From Spirochaetia bacterium (GTDB lineage Bacteria; Spirochaetota; Spirochaetia; SZUA-6; Bin103): a stretch of 64,000 nucleotides of DNA. Numbering within the stretch: position 1 is the first letter of the stretch; each line of letters begins with the position of its first letter. Made by a program: the position numbers and the translations under genes. This document shows, piece by piece, positions 18,848 through 28,996 of this stretch. The stretch is from positions 5,184,001-5,248,000 of the forward strand of contig CBDBDQ010000005.1 of the NCBI GenBank assembly GCA_965203905.1. The letters run 5' to 3'. Below the pieces are notes generated by a model, which worked only from the letters and a program-made list of their open reading frames with translations, ran no database searches and was not told where the DNA came from.

Positions 18848-19842
18848 GCTCCGTGTTCCTTCTCGTAGCGGATGCGGGGATCCAGCCACACCAGCAACAT
18901 GTCGGAGATGAAGGTGCCGATGATGGTCAACACCGCGAGCACCATGACAATGCTCGCCGCGAGCTGCATGTCCTCGGCGGTGAGTGCCTGGAACAACAAC
19001 GGGCCCACGGTGGGGAGGTTGAGGACGATGGCGGTAATGATGGTGCCGGACACGATTTCCGGGAGCAACCAGCCGACCGTGCTTACGATCGGGTTGACAG
19101 CGATGCGCACGGGGTACTTGAACAGCAGGTCGCGTTCCTCCACTCCCTTCGCGCGCGCGGTGATGACGTACTGCTTCTGCAACTCGTCCAGCAGTGAGCC
19201 ACGCATTACCCGGATCAGTCCGGCAGTGCCCGCGGTGGCGACCACGATGATCGCCACCGGCAGGTGCAGCATCATGTCCAGGAATTTGAGGATGCTCCAT
19301 GGCGCATCCACGTACTCGGTGGAGAACAACCCCGTGATTCTGAAGTCGAACAGGCTGAACGCCAGCCACATCAGGATCAGCGCGAGCAGGAAGTTGGGCG
19401 TTGCCAGGCCCACGAAGCCGAATACCGTGGCAGTGTAATCGCCGACCGAATACTGGTGGGTGGCCGAGTAGATTCCTATCGGTATCGCCATCGCATAGGT
19501 GAAGGCCAGCGTTACCAGCGAAAGCACCACGGTCAGACCAAGCCGTTCCCGGATCAGCTCGGCCACCGGCCGGTTCCACTGATGCGACCGGCCCAGATTG
19601 CCACGGATCAGATTGGCTACCCACTTGAGGTACTGGATGTAGTCGGGTTGATCGAGCCCGTAAAGCTTGCGCATCCCTTCCAACTCAGCTTCGCTCATGG
19701 TGGTATCGGAGAGGTTCAACTGCTGCAGACGATAGGTCAGATAGTCGCCGGGGGGCAGCTTGATGATGGCGAAACCGACCATCGACACCGCCACCATCGT
19801 GAGCAACATGTAGCCGAGTCTGCGCCCAAAGTACGCGGTCAC
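18844..19842 (-). CDS. ABC permease DppB/OppB-like
   Basis: KLPPGDY, LATPNFLLAL, KQYVITARAKG, WLDPRIR; GTG after GGAGG. Confidence 0.93.
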   Translation of the reverse strand: MTAYFGRRLGYMLLTMVAVSMVGFAIIKLPPGDYLTYRLQQLNLSDTTMSEAELEGMRKLYGLDQPDYIQYLKWVANLIRGNLGRSHQWNRPVAELIRERLGLTVVLSLVTLAFTYAMAIPIGIYSATHQYSVGDYTATVFGFVGLATPNFLLALILMWLAFSLFDFRITGLFSTEYVDAPWSILKFLDMMLHLPVAIIVVATAGTAGLIRVMRGSLLDELQKQYVITARAKGVEERDLLFKYPVRIAVNPIVSTVGWLLPEIVSGTIITAIVLNLPTVGPLLFQALTAEDMQLAASIVMVLAVLTIIGTFISDMLLVWLDPRIRYEKEHGA

Positions 19843-19944
19843 AGTGCATCCTCCGTTGCTGCAAGGGCAGGCCCGGCCTGGTGGGAACCAGTCTGCTATC
19901 GGCGAAGGAATCAGACTGCGCGTCATCGTCAGAGCGCCCGTCGC

Positions 19945-20010
19945 AGCAGCGGTATTCCCCTGCCTGATCCGTAACTGGTTAATCTTACGGCTCCCGCGTG
20001 CTCTGTCAAC
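19945..20010 (-). promoter_or_regulatory. Promoter plus putative operator, copy B
   Basis: TTGACA-16 nt-TAAGAT followed by TAACCAGTTA. Confidence 0.6.
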
Positions 20011-20082
20011 TGTTGTGTGGCTCGGGGCTCGTCTGGCTCGTCGCCGAGCTGTCTGGGGGCGCCGGGCCGCTTCGTCAGCCGC

Positions 20083-21795
20083 CTAGCGTTGCACGGTGAG
20101 CAGGGTGTTGGCGGCCGGTACCGGCAGGGTGGAGCGGGCGCCGTCGGGCCAGGTGATCTCCAGCCGCTGCAGCGCGGCGTCCTCGGGGAAGCCGAAGTGG
20201 ACGCGGCTGGGGTCGCCGGAGAGGAAGCCGCTGGAGCTGCGGATCTCGCGCACGTAGCTGTCGGTCGACGTGTGCAGGGTGAGGCGCGAACCGATGGCAC
20301 GGGTGTTGCCGCTGCCGGGCCACAGCAGGTCCACCTGCAGGCTCGCTCCGCCGCACAGCCGGTTCTCCAGCAGCTCCGCCGGTGTGCGCAGGTTGTTCAC
20401 CACGATGTCGAGGTCGCCGTCGCCGTCGAGGTCGGCCATGCTCATGCCGCGGCCGCCGGCGGTGCTGCCCAGGCCCCATTCCGGGGCGCGGCGGAAGCTG
20501 CCGCCGCCCTGGTTGCGAAACACCTGGTTCTCTTCGATCAGCTCGGCGTCGGGGAGGTGCCCGAAGGAGGCCTCGCTGTACATGCCGTTGACCACGTAGA
20601 GGTCCTGCAGCCCGTCGTTGTCCAGGTCCGCGAACTTGGCCGACCAGCTCCAGCCGCTGGCGTCGACTCCGCTGTCGGGCGCCCGGTTCTCGAAGCCGTC
20701 CGCCACGCTGCCCACGAGCAGAATGTTCTCCTCGATCTGCGGGTCGCCCTCCGGCATCGGGTCGTAGTTGGCGCGCAGGTGCTGCCACGCCTCACGCGTG
20801 GCGGCGTCCTCGGAGTAGGGCTTCATGTCGGCGCTGAACAACTCCAGGCTGCCGTCGTTGTCGATGTCGGCGGCATCGAGGCTCATCGTGTTGCGCGGCA
20901 TGCGCGGCAGCAGGTTCCGGATCCGGAACCCGTCCGGAGTCCACAGAAAGGCGTAGTCCGGCAGCTCGAAGTCGTTGCCGACCAGAATGTCGAGCCGGCC
21001 GTCGCCGTCCACGTCGGTCAGCAGCAGCGCCAGCGCATGCGCGTAGCGCACCAGCTCGAACGGGTGCAGCTTGCCGTCGACGTTCTCGTAGTAGGCGACG
21101 CCGCCGCCGATCACGAAGCCGTCGTAGAGCTCGGCGATCTCGCCGTCGTAGCTGGCCCCCGCCAGGTCCAGGTCGCCGTCGCGGTCCACGTCCGCCAGGG
21201 CGATCGCGTTCAGCACGTGCCAGGGACCGAATCCTTCGGTGCGCGCGAAGGTGCGCGTCCCGTCGCCGGCTGCGCTGAGCCACAGGCTTGGCGGATTGCC
21301 GGGGTGGGAGAGGATCAGGTCCTGCCACCCGTCGCCGTCGAAGTCCACGATGTTGACCGCGCGCGCGTTGTCGGCGGCCAGCTCCTGGCGCTTGAAGGTG
21401 AGCCCGCCGTCGTTCCACAGGATGCTGCTCGGTGCGTCCAGGTTTGCCAGGACGATGTCGATGTCGCCGTCGTTGTCCAGGTCGTTGACGCCGAGCGCCG
21501 AGCCGACGCCGGCGAAGATCGGCTTGCGCTGCGGCGAGAACACGGTGGTGTGGGGCAGGGCGTGGGAGACGAAGGTTCCGCTGCACTCCGCTCCCGCGGC
21601 AACCGGCTGCGCACTTTGCGTTATCTGCGGCTCCGCCGTCACCGGAACGGCACACACGGCACAGAGCAGCAGCGGCAGCCCGAGAACTCGCGGGCAGGTC
21701 ATGAAGGCGGCGAGCAGCCCGTGGCGGAGCCCGGCGTCGCACCGAGAGCGGCGAGGGGATGGATCGTCGCGCGGATGCAGCTGGAGTTTCGCCAC
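20083..21795 (-). CDS. CRTAC1-like secreted protein (FG-GAP/VCBS repeats plus ASPIC/UnbV domain)
   Basis: Repeated DxDxDGxxD motifs; C-terminal NTRAIGSRL...SGFLSG...HFG...ITWPDG; start uncertain (possibly ~21702). Confidence 0.85.
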   Translation of the reverse strand: MAKLQLHPRDDPSPRRSRCDAGLRHGLLAAFMTCPRVLGLPLLLCAVCAVPVTAEPQITQSAQPVAAGAECSGTFVSHALPHTTVFSPQRKPIFAGVGSALGVNDLDNDGDIDIVLANLDAPSSILWNDGGLTFKRQELAADNARAVNIVDFDGDGWQDLILSHPGNPPSLWLSAAGDGTRTFARTEGFGPWHVLNAIALADVDRDGDLDLAGASYDGEIAELYDGFVIGGGVAYYENVDGKLHPFELVRYAHALALLLTDVDGDGRLDILVGNDFELPDYAFLWTPDGFRIRNLLPRMPRNTMSLDAADIDNDGSLELFSADMKPYSEDAATREAWQHLRANYDPMPEGDPQIEENILLVGSVADGFENRAPDSGVDASGWSWSAKFADLDNDGLQDLYVVNGMYSEASFGHLPDAELIEENQVFRNQGGGSFRRAPEWGLGSTAGGRGMSMADLDGDGDLDIVVNNLRTPAELLENRLCGGASLQVDLLWPGSGNTRAIGSRLTLHTSTDSYVREIRSSSGFLSGDPSRVHFGFPEDAALQRLEITWPDGARSTLPVPAANTLLTVQR

Positions 21796-21801
21796 CGGCC
21801 G

Positions 21802-22947
21802 CTAATTGCTCTTGTACGGATCGGCGGCGTCGCGCAGGCCGTCGCCGACGAAGTTGTAGCAGAGCACGGTGACGATCACCAGCAGGCCGGGAATCATCAT
21901 CCACGGGTGCAACTCGATGGTGCGCACGTTCTGCGCCTCCTTGAGCAGCACGCCCCAACTCACCGTGGGCGGACGCAGCCCCAGGCCGAGAAAGCTCAAC
22001 GCGGTCTCGCCCAGGATCATGCCCGGCACACTGAGCGTCAGAGACACGATCAGGAAGCTCATGAAGGAGGGCAGCAGGTGCCTCACGATGATGGTGGTCG
22101 AGGTCGAGCCGGCGATCGTCGCCGCCATCACGAAGTCCTCCTCGCGCAGTTGCAGCAGCTTGCCGCGCACCACCCGCGCCAGCCCGGTCCAGGCTATCAG
22201 CGACAGAATGATGGTGATCGCGAGGTACACCTGCAGCGGCCCCCACTGGCGTGGCACCGCGGCCGACAGCGCCATCCACAGCGGAATGGAGGGGATCGAC
22301 TGCATGAATTCGATCAGGCGCTGAATCGCCATGTCGGCGGCTCCACCGAAGAAGCCGGATATGCCGCCGAGCGTACAGCCGAGCACGAACGCCACGGCGA
22401 CCCCCACCAGGCCGATCGACAGCGAGGTGCGGGCGGCGTACAGAGCCCGCGAGTAGATGTCGCGCCCGAACTTGTCGGCGCCCATCAGGAACAGGGTGCC
22501 CTCGTCTACCCCGAGCAGGTGAATGCGAGTGGGGAACAGGCCCCACAGCTCGTACTCGTCACCTGGCGCGAAGAAGCGCAGGTATGCCTTTCTTGAGGTG
22601 TCCGGCGCGTAGCGGTTGCGGAACGTCTTCACGTCGAGCTCGACGCGCCACGGGTACACGAACGGGCGCAGCGAGAGGCCGTCTTCGCCGATGAAGCGGA
22701 TGCGCTGCGGCGGCGCATACAGGTGATCGGAGTCGCGCCGGTAGATGTCCTGGGTGGCGAAGAACTCGGCGAACAGGGCCACGAAGTACAGCAAGCCCAG
22801 CACCACCAATCCGATGATGGCCAGCCGGTGGCGCGTGAAGCGGCGCCGCATCAGGGTCCATTGCGACGCGAGGAAATAGCGCTCGGCCGCTTCCGCCTCA
22901 GTCACGAGCATTCCCGTCTCGACGGACCGGGCTTCGACGTCGCTCAT
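21802..22947 (-). CDS. ABC permease DppC/OppC-like
   Basis: GADKFGRD, REEDFVMAA, GDGLRDAADPY. Confidence 0.93.
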   Translation of the reverse strand: MSDVEARSVETGMLVTEAEAAERYFLASQWTLMRRRFTRHRLAIIGLVVLGLLYFVALFAEFFATQDIYRRDSDHLYAPPQRIRFIGEDGLSLRPFVYPWRVELDVKTFRNRYAPDTSRKAYLRFFAPGDEYELWGLFPTRIHLLGVDEGTLFLMGADKFGRDIYSRALYAARTSLSIGLVGVAVAFVLGCTLGGISGFFGGAADMAIQRLIEFMQSIPSIPLWMALSAAVPRQWGPLQVYLAITIILSLIAWTGLARVVRGKLLQLREEDFVMAATIAGSTSTTIIVRHLLPSFMSFLIVSLTLSVPGMILGETALSFLGLGLRPPTVSWGVLLKEAQNVRTIELHPWMMIPGLLVIVTVLCYNFVGDGLRDAADPYKSN

Positions 22948-23945
22948 GCCGCGCTCTTCTCGGACTCGAAGCGGATGCGCGGATCGAGCCACAGCAGCAG
23001 CATGTCGGACACGAACACCCCGACGATGGTAAGGACCGAGAGCACCATCACGATGCTCGCCGCGAGCTGCATGTCTTCCTGGGTGAGCGCGTTGAACAGC
23101 AGCGGCCCCACGGTCGGCAGGTTGAGCACGATGGCCGTGATGATCGTACCCGACACGATCTCCGGAAACACGCCGCCGATGCCGCTGATGATCGGATTGA
23201 TGGCGATCCGCACCGGGTACTTGAACAGCAGCGAGCCCTCCTCCAGACCCTTCGAGCGCGCGGTAACCACGTACTGCTTTTGCAGTTCATCCAGCAGCGA
23301 GCCCCGCATCACCCGAATCAGGCCGGCGGTGCCGCCGGTAGCCACCACCAGAATGGCGACCGGCAGGTGCAGCAGCATGTCCAGGAACTTGGCCACGCTC
23401 CACGGCTGGTCCAGGTATTCGGAGGAGAACAGGCCGGTGATGGGGAAACCGAACCAGCTGAGCGAAATCCACATCAACAGCAGGGCGAGCATGAAGTTGG
23501 GCGTGGCCAGCCCGATGAAGCCGAACACGGTGGCCGTGTAGTCTCCGAGCGAGTATTGGTGGGTGGCCGAGTAGATGCCGATCGGGACGGCCAGCAGGAA
23601 GGTGACCACGATGGTCAGCACCGACACCAGCGCGGTGAGCGGCAGCCGGTCACCCACCAGTTCCGCGACCGGGATCCGGAACGAATACGACTCGCCGAGA
23701 TCGCCGCGCAGCAGGTTGCTTACCCAGATGAAGTACTGCATGTAGCCGGGCTTGTCCAAGCCGTATTCTTCGCGAATCTTCTGCAGCTCCTCCTCGGTGA
23801 GCTGGGTGCCGGTGATTCCGAGCCGGCGCAGATGGGTCGACAGAAAGTCCCCCGGAGGCAGTTGGATGATGGCGAAGCCCACCACCGACACCAGCGCCAG
23901 GGTGATCGCCATGTAGAACAGTCTGCGCACCACGTACGCGGTCAT
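22944..23945 (-). CDS. ABC permease DppB/OppB-like
   Basis: QLPPGDF, KQYVVTARSKG, WLDPRIRFE. Confidence 0.93.
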   Translation of the reverse strand: MTAYVVRRLFYMAITLALVSVVGFAIIQLPPGDFLSTHLRRLGITGTQLTEEELQKIREEYGLDKPGYMQYFIWVSNLLRGDLGESYSFRIPVAELVGDRLPLTALVSVLTIVVTFLLAVPIGIYSATHQYSLGDYTATVFGFIGLATPNFMLALLLMWISLSWFGFPITGLFSSEYLDQPWSVAKFLDMLLHLPVAILVVATGGTAGLIRVMRGSLLDELQKQYVVTARSKGLEEGSLLFKYPVRIAINPIISGIGGVFPEIVSGTIITAIVLNLPTVGPLLFNALTQEDMQLAASIVMVLSVLTIVGVFVSDMLLLWLDPRIRFESEKSAA

Positions 23946-23968
23946 TTCCGGTATCAGCCCCTTTACAC

Positions 23969-23998
23969 GCAGAAGGCCCGCGCGAGCGGGCCTCCTGC
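23969..23998 (-). terminator. Hairpin between SBP and permease (mRNA stabiliser/partial terminator)
   Basis: AGGCCCGC-GCGA-GCGGGCCT core stem. Confidence 0.5.
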
Positions 23999-24015
23999 AG
24001 CGATGATCGCGTGAA

Positions 24016-26031
24016 CTACTGCTTGATGTACCACTGGTCGGGCTTTACGTCGCGGAAGAACTGCACGTCGTCGCCGGCGAACCGGACGTCGCGCGGAACA
24101 TTTCCCATCTCGTGGCTCATGATGACCGGCACCGGGGCATAGCCGACCGTACCGATCAGCAGCACCTGTTCGGAAGCGAAGTCGAACAGTTGCGTGGCGA
24201 TGCGGTCGCGCTCGGCCTTGTCGGCGGTGATGTACCACTGGCCGGCCAGCTTGAAGAACTCCTGGAACTCCGGCGGCGGCTCCTCGCCGCTCTCACCACC
24301 GGAATGGTGCCAGGCCCACCAGAGGGGCGCGTAGTGGCCGTCGTTGGAGGTGAACTTGTTGGACGGCAGATAGCCCTTGCTCTGGTTGGTGCGGCGCAGG
24401 AACCACACGGCAATGTCATAGTCGTTGTTGCCCAGCCGCTCGCCCACCAGGTCGATACTGTACGAGCGCGGGTCCACCTTGACGCCCACGTCCTGCCAGT
24501 ACTCGGCCACCAACTCGCTGATCGCCACGTGGCTCGGCCACTCCAGCGGGATCAGTATCTGGGCCGCCAGCACCTCGCCGTCGGGGCGCATGCGGAATCC
24601 GTCGCCGCCGCGCTCCAGGCCGATTTCGTCGAGCAGCCGGTTGGCGGTATCGGGGTCGTGCTCCGCGTAGCGGGTGGCCCATTCCTCCTTGTAGAAGGAG
24701 TTCTCCGGGTCCATCGCCGCCTGCCGCGGGACCGCAAGCCCGAAGAACAGCACCTTGTTGATCTCCTCGCGGTCGATCGCCAGCGACATCGCCTGCCGGA
24801 AGCGCACGTCCTGAAAGACCTCGCGCAGGGCCGGATCCTGGTGAGTCATGTTGAAGGCATAGAAGCTCTCCGCTCCCGCGGCGCGCGGCCACATCAGCGT
24901 CTCGTAGTCGCCGTCTTCCTCGTTCTCCTTGAACAGCGGAAAGTCGGGAGTCGACAGTCCGATGGCGGCCACCGACAGCTCGCCGGAGATCACCTTCAGG
25001 TTGAGGGTCTCGGCGTCGGCCACCGTCTCCACGCGCAGGCGGTCGATGTAGGGAAGCTGGTTGCCGGCCGGGTCGATGGCGAAGTGATAGGGATTGCGCA
25101 CGTGGAGCACGTAGGTGGTGGTGATCTCCTCGTGGTTCCACGGCTTCACGCTCGGGGTGTTCATGTCCTCGACCCGGAAGTCGCCGCCGCCGCCCTTCTT
25201 GCGCCATACCGCCTGTACCCAGCTATCGTAGCCTTCCTCCTTGGCCAGGGCGTCGGCGTTCTCGTTGTACTTGGCGTGGTACTTGGAGAGGTAGTGCTTG
25301 GGATAGGCGTGGGGATGCCAGCCGCCCCAAAATTCGTACCAGCCCGGCAACGTCGGGAACGGATCGGTGTAGTGCAGCCGTACCGTGAAGTCGTCCACCT
25401 TCTCGGCGTGCGACATCGGCCCCCAGCCGTTGCGCCGCCAGCCGGACGGGAACTCGTCGATGAGCAGGAAGTCCTCGAACGAGAACATCACGTCGTCCGC
25501 GGTGTAGGGGTGGCCGTCGGACCACTTCATGCCGCGCCGCAGGTACATGGTGACCGTCTTCTGGTCCTCCGACATCTCCCAGCCCTTGTGGATGTAGGGC
25601 ACGATGTCGATCGGGCTTCCCGGACCGCGGTTGGCGGTCTGCACGGCGCCGACCAGCCCGCGGATCGGCGTCAGCTCGGTGTACTCGGTGCCGATCGAGG
25701 CCGCCTTGAGGGTGCCGCCGTAGGTGCCGATGCCCTCGAACACGTTGAGCACCAGCGCCTCCTCGGGCAGCCGTTCCTCCACCGGAGGCAGGTCGCCCGC
25801 CGCCACCATCGCCGCCAGCATCGGCGCCTCGCCGAACGAGGTGATCGTCTGCCCGGTGTCGCGCTCGAAGTCGGCCAGCGTATCCCACTGCCAGACGTCG
25901 CCATACTCGGACATCATCTCCGCCGCCGCGGATCCCTGCGCCCCCGACTCTTCCTCGCCGCTGGCGAACGCGACAGCCGTCGCCACGCACGCCACAAGTG
26001 CGACCAGGGCCAGTTGCCTAGCCTTTCTCAT
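24016..26031 (-). CDS. ABC family-5 solute-binding protein (671 aa), paralog 1
   Basis: Family-5 motifs; start MRKARQL at 26031; near-identical to 31362-33377. Confidence 0.93.
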   Translation of the reverse strand: MRKARQLALVALVACVATAVAFASGEEESGAQGSAAAEMMSEYGDVWQWDTLADFERDTGQTITSFGEAPMLAAMVAAGDLPPVEERLPEEALVLNVFEGIGTYGGTLKAASIGTEYTELTPIRGLVGAVQTANRGPGSPIDIVPYIHKGWEMSEDQKTVTMYLRRGMKWSDGHPYTADDVMFSFEDFLLIDEFPSGWRRNGWGPMSHAEKVDDFTVRLHYTDPFPTLPGWYEFWGGWHPHAYPKHYLSKYHAKYNENADALAKEEGYDSWVQAVWRKKGGGGDFRVEDMNTPSVKPWNHEEITTTYVLHVRNPYHFAIDPAGNQLPYIDRLRVETVADAETLNLKVISGELSVAAIGLSTPDFPLFKENEEDGDYETLMWPRAAGAESFYAFNMTHQDPALREVFQDVRFRQAMSLAIDREEINKVLFFGLAVPRQAAMDPENSFYKEEWATRYAEHDPDTANRLLDEIGLERGGDGFRMRPDGEVLAAQILIPLEWPSHVAISELVAEYWQDVGVKVDPRSYSIDLVGERLGNNDYDIAVWFLRRTNQSKGYLPSNKFTSNDGHYAPLWWAWHHSGGESGEEPPPEFQEFFKLAGQWYITADKAERDRIATQLFDFASEQVLLIGTVGYAPVPVIMSHEMGNVPRDVRFAGDDVQFFRDVKPDQWYIKQ

Positions 26032-26067
26032 GAAGGGTTCTCCTTGTATCTGTAGAGATTCGGGAAA

Positions 26068-26096
26068 GGTGTATCCGGTCCACCCCCGGCTGTCAA
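26068..26096 (-). promoter_or_regulatory. sigma70 promoter of SBP paralog 1
   Basis: TTGACA-17 nt-TACACC. Confidence 0.55.
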
Positions 26097-26103
26097 CCGT
26101 GGC

Positions 26104-26682
26104 ATGCGCTCTCGCGCAATCGAGATGGAGAGAGCGGTGTGCTCCCACGGGGAGCTTGCCTTTACCGTGGATGTCGTGCTTGAGGAGGGTGGCGTGAGTC
26201 ACCACGGCCACTCCGTGACACGGAAGACCGTGAAAACGGCGCATGGGGCAGTACACGGTGGCCGCCATTTTCCGGTGAGCCTGAGCGACACCAATACCGC
26301 CGGCGACATCGTCGTAACAGGGCTGCCGGCCCTGCTCGCGATGAAGGCTGCGGCACTCGTTTCGCGGTGCAGCGAAAAGGACCTCTATGACTTGCTCTGG
26401 TTGTTCGATGCATTCCCCGAGCGCGAGCTCGCGGAACTGATCGAGCTTGGCCGCACGGTAGATCGCGGCGTGACCGGGGAGACGCTGGTCTACCGCATCG
26501 GGAGCACCGAGCTGGACCGTGCGGCCTGCGGCTTCGCCGCGGAGTTCGGCACCTCTGCATCCGCGGTATTCTCCCGCATCAGCGCACTCCGGCGTGAGCT
26601 GCTCAGAGCGCTGGATCTTCATCTGAGCCGCAACGCTACGAGTACGTTGCGCGAAGTCGTGAGCCGGGTGAGGCGACTGTAA
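26104..26682 (+). pseudogene. AbiEii/AbiGii-like nucleotidyltransferase, N-terminally truncated
   Basis: LAMKAAALVSRCSEKDLYDLLWL (KxxAxxxRxxxKDxYD); no GGT...R.S.D.D N-terminal motif. Confidence 0.6.
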
Positions 26683-26742
26683 CTGGTCGGGCGCCGTGGT
26701 GCGTCCACCAGGAGGCCGCCGCCTGATCTGTTTACACACCTA

Positions 26743-26771
26743 TTGACGAACCTCCACCAATGGAGTACCGT
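26743..26771 (+). promoter_or_regulatory. sigma70 promoter of the plus-strand ABC cassette
   Basis: TTGACG-17 nt-TACCGT. Confidence 0.5.
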
Positions 26772-26917
26772 TGGCAACCCAACGGGAGAGGTATTGGAGG
26801 TTGGTCGCTAACCGGCTGAGAGATCCATGAAGCCAGTTTGAGAAAGAACTGTTTTGAGAAGGCGCCGTTGGCGCCGAACTATTAATTCCAGACAGATCCG
26901 TATAAGGAGGATCTAGT

Positions 26918-28972
26918 ATGAATAGGACAATCGTTTTGGCTCTCGTGCTGACTGTGCTGATCGGCGGGGCCATCTATGCAGCGGGAGAGCCAGAAGGAGA
27001 TGAGACGGGCGCCCCGGTTGAGACGGGGGCCCCGGTACGGACAGGCCAGTACGGCGAGGCGCCGATGCTGGCCGCTATGGTGGCCGCAGGCGAGCTGCCG
27101 CCGGTGGAAGAGCGGCTTCCGCTGGAACCTTCGGTGCGGCCGTTGGTAGGAGGCGGGGTTGATGATATCGGCCTCTATGGCGGCACGCTGCATTCGGCGA
27201 TGATGAACATAACCCCCTGGGGTGATCTGAGCGAGATGCCGGACGCCGGAGGTTCTCTCGGCGCCTACGATGCGAACATGCAGCTGCAAGGAGACATCGC
27301 GAAGTCGGTTGAACTGGGCCCCGACCAGACCTCAGTTATTCTCCATCTGCGTGAGGGCATGAAGTGGTCCGACGGCGCGCCGCTTACAGCGGACGACTTT
27401 GTGTTCATGTGGGAGGACATCCAAGCGACGGAAGGTCTCGAATCCTGGAAGGGCCAACTGACGTTCCAGTCAATCGACAGGATCGATGACTACACGGTGG
27501 AGCTGCACGCGGCCGGCGGTGCCGTAGGCGACTACACAAAGATGGGCTTGTGGCCCGGCTCCGACTGGCAGATGTACGCACCCAAACACTACCTGGAGCG
27601 GTTCTTCCCAAGGTACAACCCCGACGCAGAGGCGCTCGCTGCAGAGCTGGGGTTCGCCGACTGGAAAGCTGCCGCACAGCACCACTACTTCTGGCACAAT
27701 AGACAACCCTCGGCCGATGGCGTTTGGCGACCGGTTACCTACCCGTGGAATTATGAGTCCCGGGACACCACCGTAAAGCGCTTCGTCCGCAATCCCTACT
27801 TCTTCCGCGTGGATGAGGAGGGCAATCAACTGCCCTATGTCGACCGTGTGGTGATCAGCGTCGTGGCCGACACGGAGGTGTACACGGCGCGGATCCTCTC
27901 AGGTGAATCGGATGTCGGCTTCATGAGCGTTGCCTTCGAAAACTTCACGCTGTTCAAGGAAAACGAGGCCGCCGGAGGGTACCGTGTCTCCGCTCTACCC
28001 GGCTTCAACGCCAGTGATGGGGGGGTCGCCTTCAACGTAAATAACGGCGATCCGGTCAAAAAGGAGCTCTACCAGGACGTGAGATTTCGCCAGGCGATGT
28101 CGATCGCCATTGACCGCGAGGACATTAACGAGGTCCTGTACGCCGGTCAGGGAGTTCCGCGGCAGTTCACCATTGGTCCGAGCGTCAGCTGGTTCAATCC
28201 GGAGTGGGAGCAGGCGTGGGCGCAGTACGACCCCGACCTGGCGAACACTATGCTCGACGAGCTTGGACTGACCCAAAGAAGCAGCGATGGGACCCGCCTG
28301 ATGTCAAACGGCGAGCCGCTGGAAATTGTGATGTATGTAGAAGCCGGCAGGGGCGATCAACCCACCGCAATCGGCACGGTAGAGTTGCTGATCGATCAGT
28401 GGGCGGATGTGGGGGTGAAACTGATCCTGAAACCCGTTTTTCCGGAAACGGGAGGAGACACTTGGTGGGAGATCGACCCGGACACCGCCGACGCGAGCTT
28501 TGGGCTCATTCGGGAGGCTACCGAGTTCGCCGCCACAGGTATTATGCATAACGTACGGCAAGCTGACCTCCGTTGGGCAATGGGATGGAATGAGTGGTTC
28601 TATGTTCAGAACGGCGGCACCCCGCAAGGTTCCAGCTTTCAGCGCGACCCGGGATCAGCCTATTCCTACAGCCCCCCCCCGAACATGGTGGAAGAGCCGC
28701 CCGAGCACTGGAAGGAGTGGTCTCGCAACTGGGAGGCCGCCACGAATATGATCGCCGGTACCCCGGAGTACATCGAGGCAGTCACCAAGCTCTACGATTA
28801 TCACGCCGAGCAACTGTATCTGATCGGCACGGTGGGGCTTGCACCACAGCTCTACATTGCCGGCACCGACCTCGGCAATACGCCAACGGGATTGCTACCG
28901 TGGATGACTTGGAACGGTGAGCTCAACTACTTCAATGACCAGCTCTACTTCAAGGATGCTTCGCGGCGCTAG
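26918..28972 (+). CDS. ABC family-5 solute-binding protein
   Basis: AAGGAGG RBS; EAPMLAAMVAAGELPPVEERLP, WSDGAPLTADD, RNPYFFRVDEEGNQLPYVD. Confidence 0.93.
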   Translation: MNRTIVLALVLTVLIGGAIYAAGEPEGDETGAPVETGAPVRTGQYGEAPMLAAMVAAGELPPVEERLPLEPSVRPLVGGGVDDIGLYGGTLHSAMMNITPWGDLSEMPDAGGSLGAYDANMQLQGDIAKSVELGPDQTSVILHLREGMKWSDGAPLTADDFVFMWEDIQATEGLESWKGQLTFQSIDRIDDYTVELHAAGGAVGDYTKMGLWPGSDWQMYAPKHYLERFFPRYNPDAEALAAELGFADWKAAAQHHYFWHNRQPSADGVWRPVTYPWNYESRDTTVKRFVRNPYFFRVDEEGNQLPYVDRVVISVVADTEVYTARILSGESDVGFMSVAFENFTLFKENEAAGGYRVSALPGFNASDGGVAFNVNNGDPVKKELYQDVRFRQAMSIAIDREDINEVLYAGQGVPRQFTIGPSVSWFNPEWEQAWAQYDPDLANTMLDELGLTQRSSDGTRLMSNGEPLEIVMYVEAGRGDQPTAIGTVELLIDQWADVGVKLILKPVFPETGGDTWWEIDPDTADASFGLIREATEFAATGIMHNVRQADLRWAMGWNEWFYVQNGGTPQGSSFQRDPGSAYSYSPPPNMVEEPPEHWKEWSRNWEAATNMIAGTPEYIEAVTKLYDYHAEQLYLIGTVGLAPQLYIAGTDLGNTPTGLLPWMTWNGELNYFNDQLYFKDASRR

Positions 28973-28996
28973 CGCAAGCGTCGGGCGCCCAAGCTA

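Noticed and set aside
26814-26880. TPP riboswitch (GGCTGAGA seed)
   Set aside because: The downstream CCTGAT...TAAT...GCGxAGGGA core is missing.
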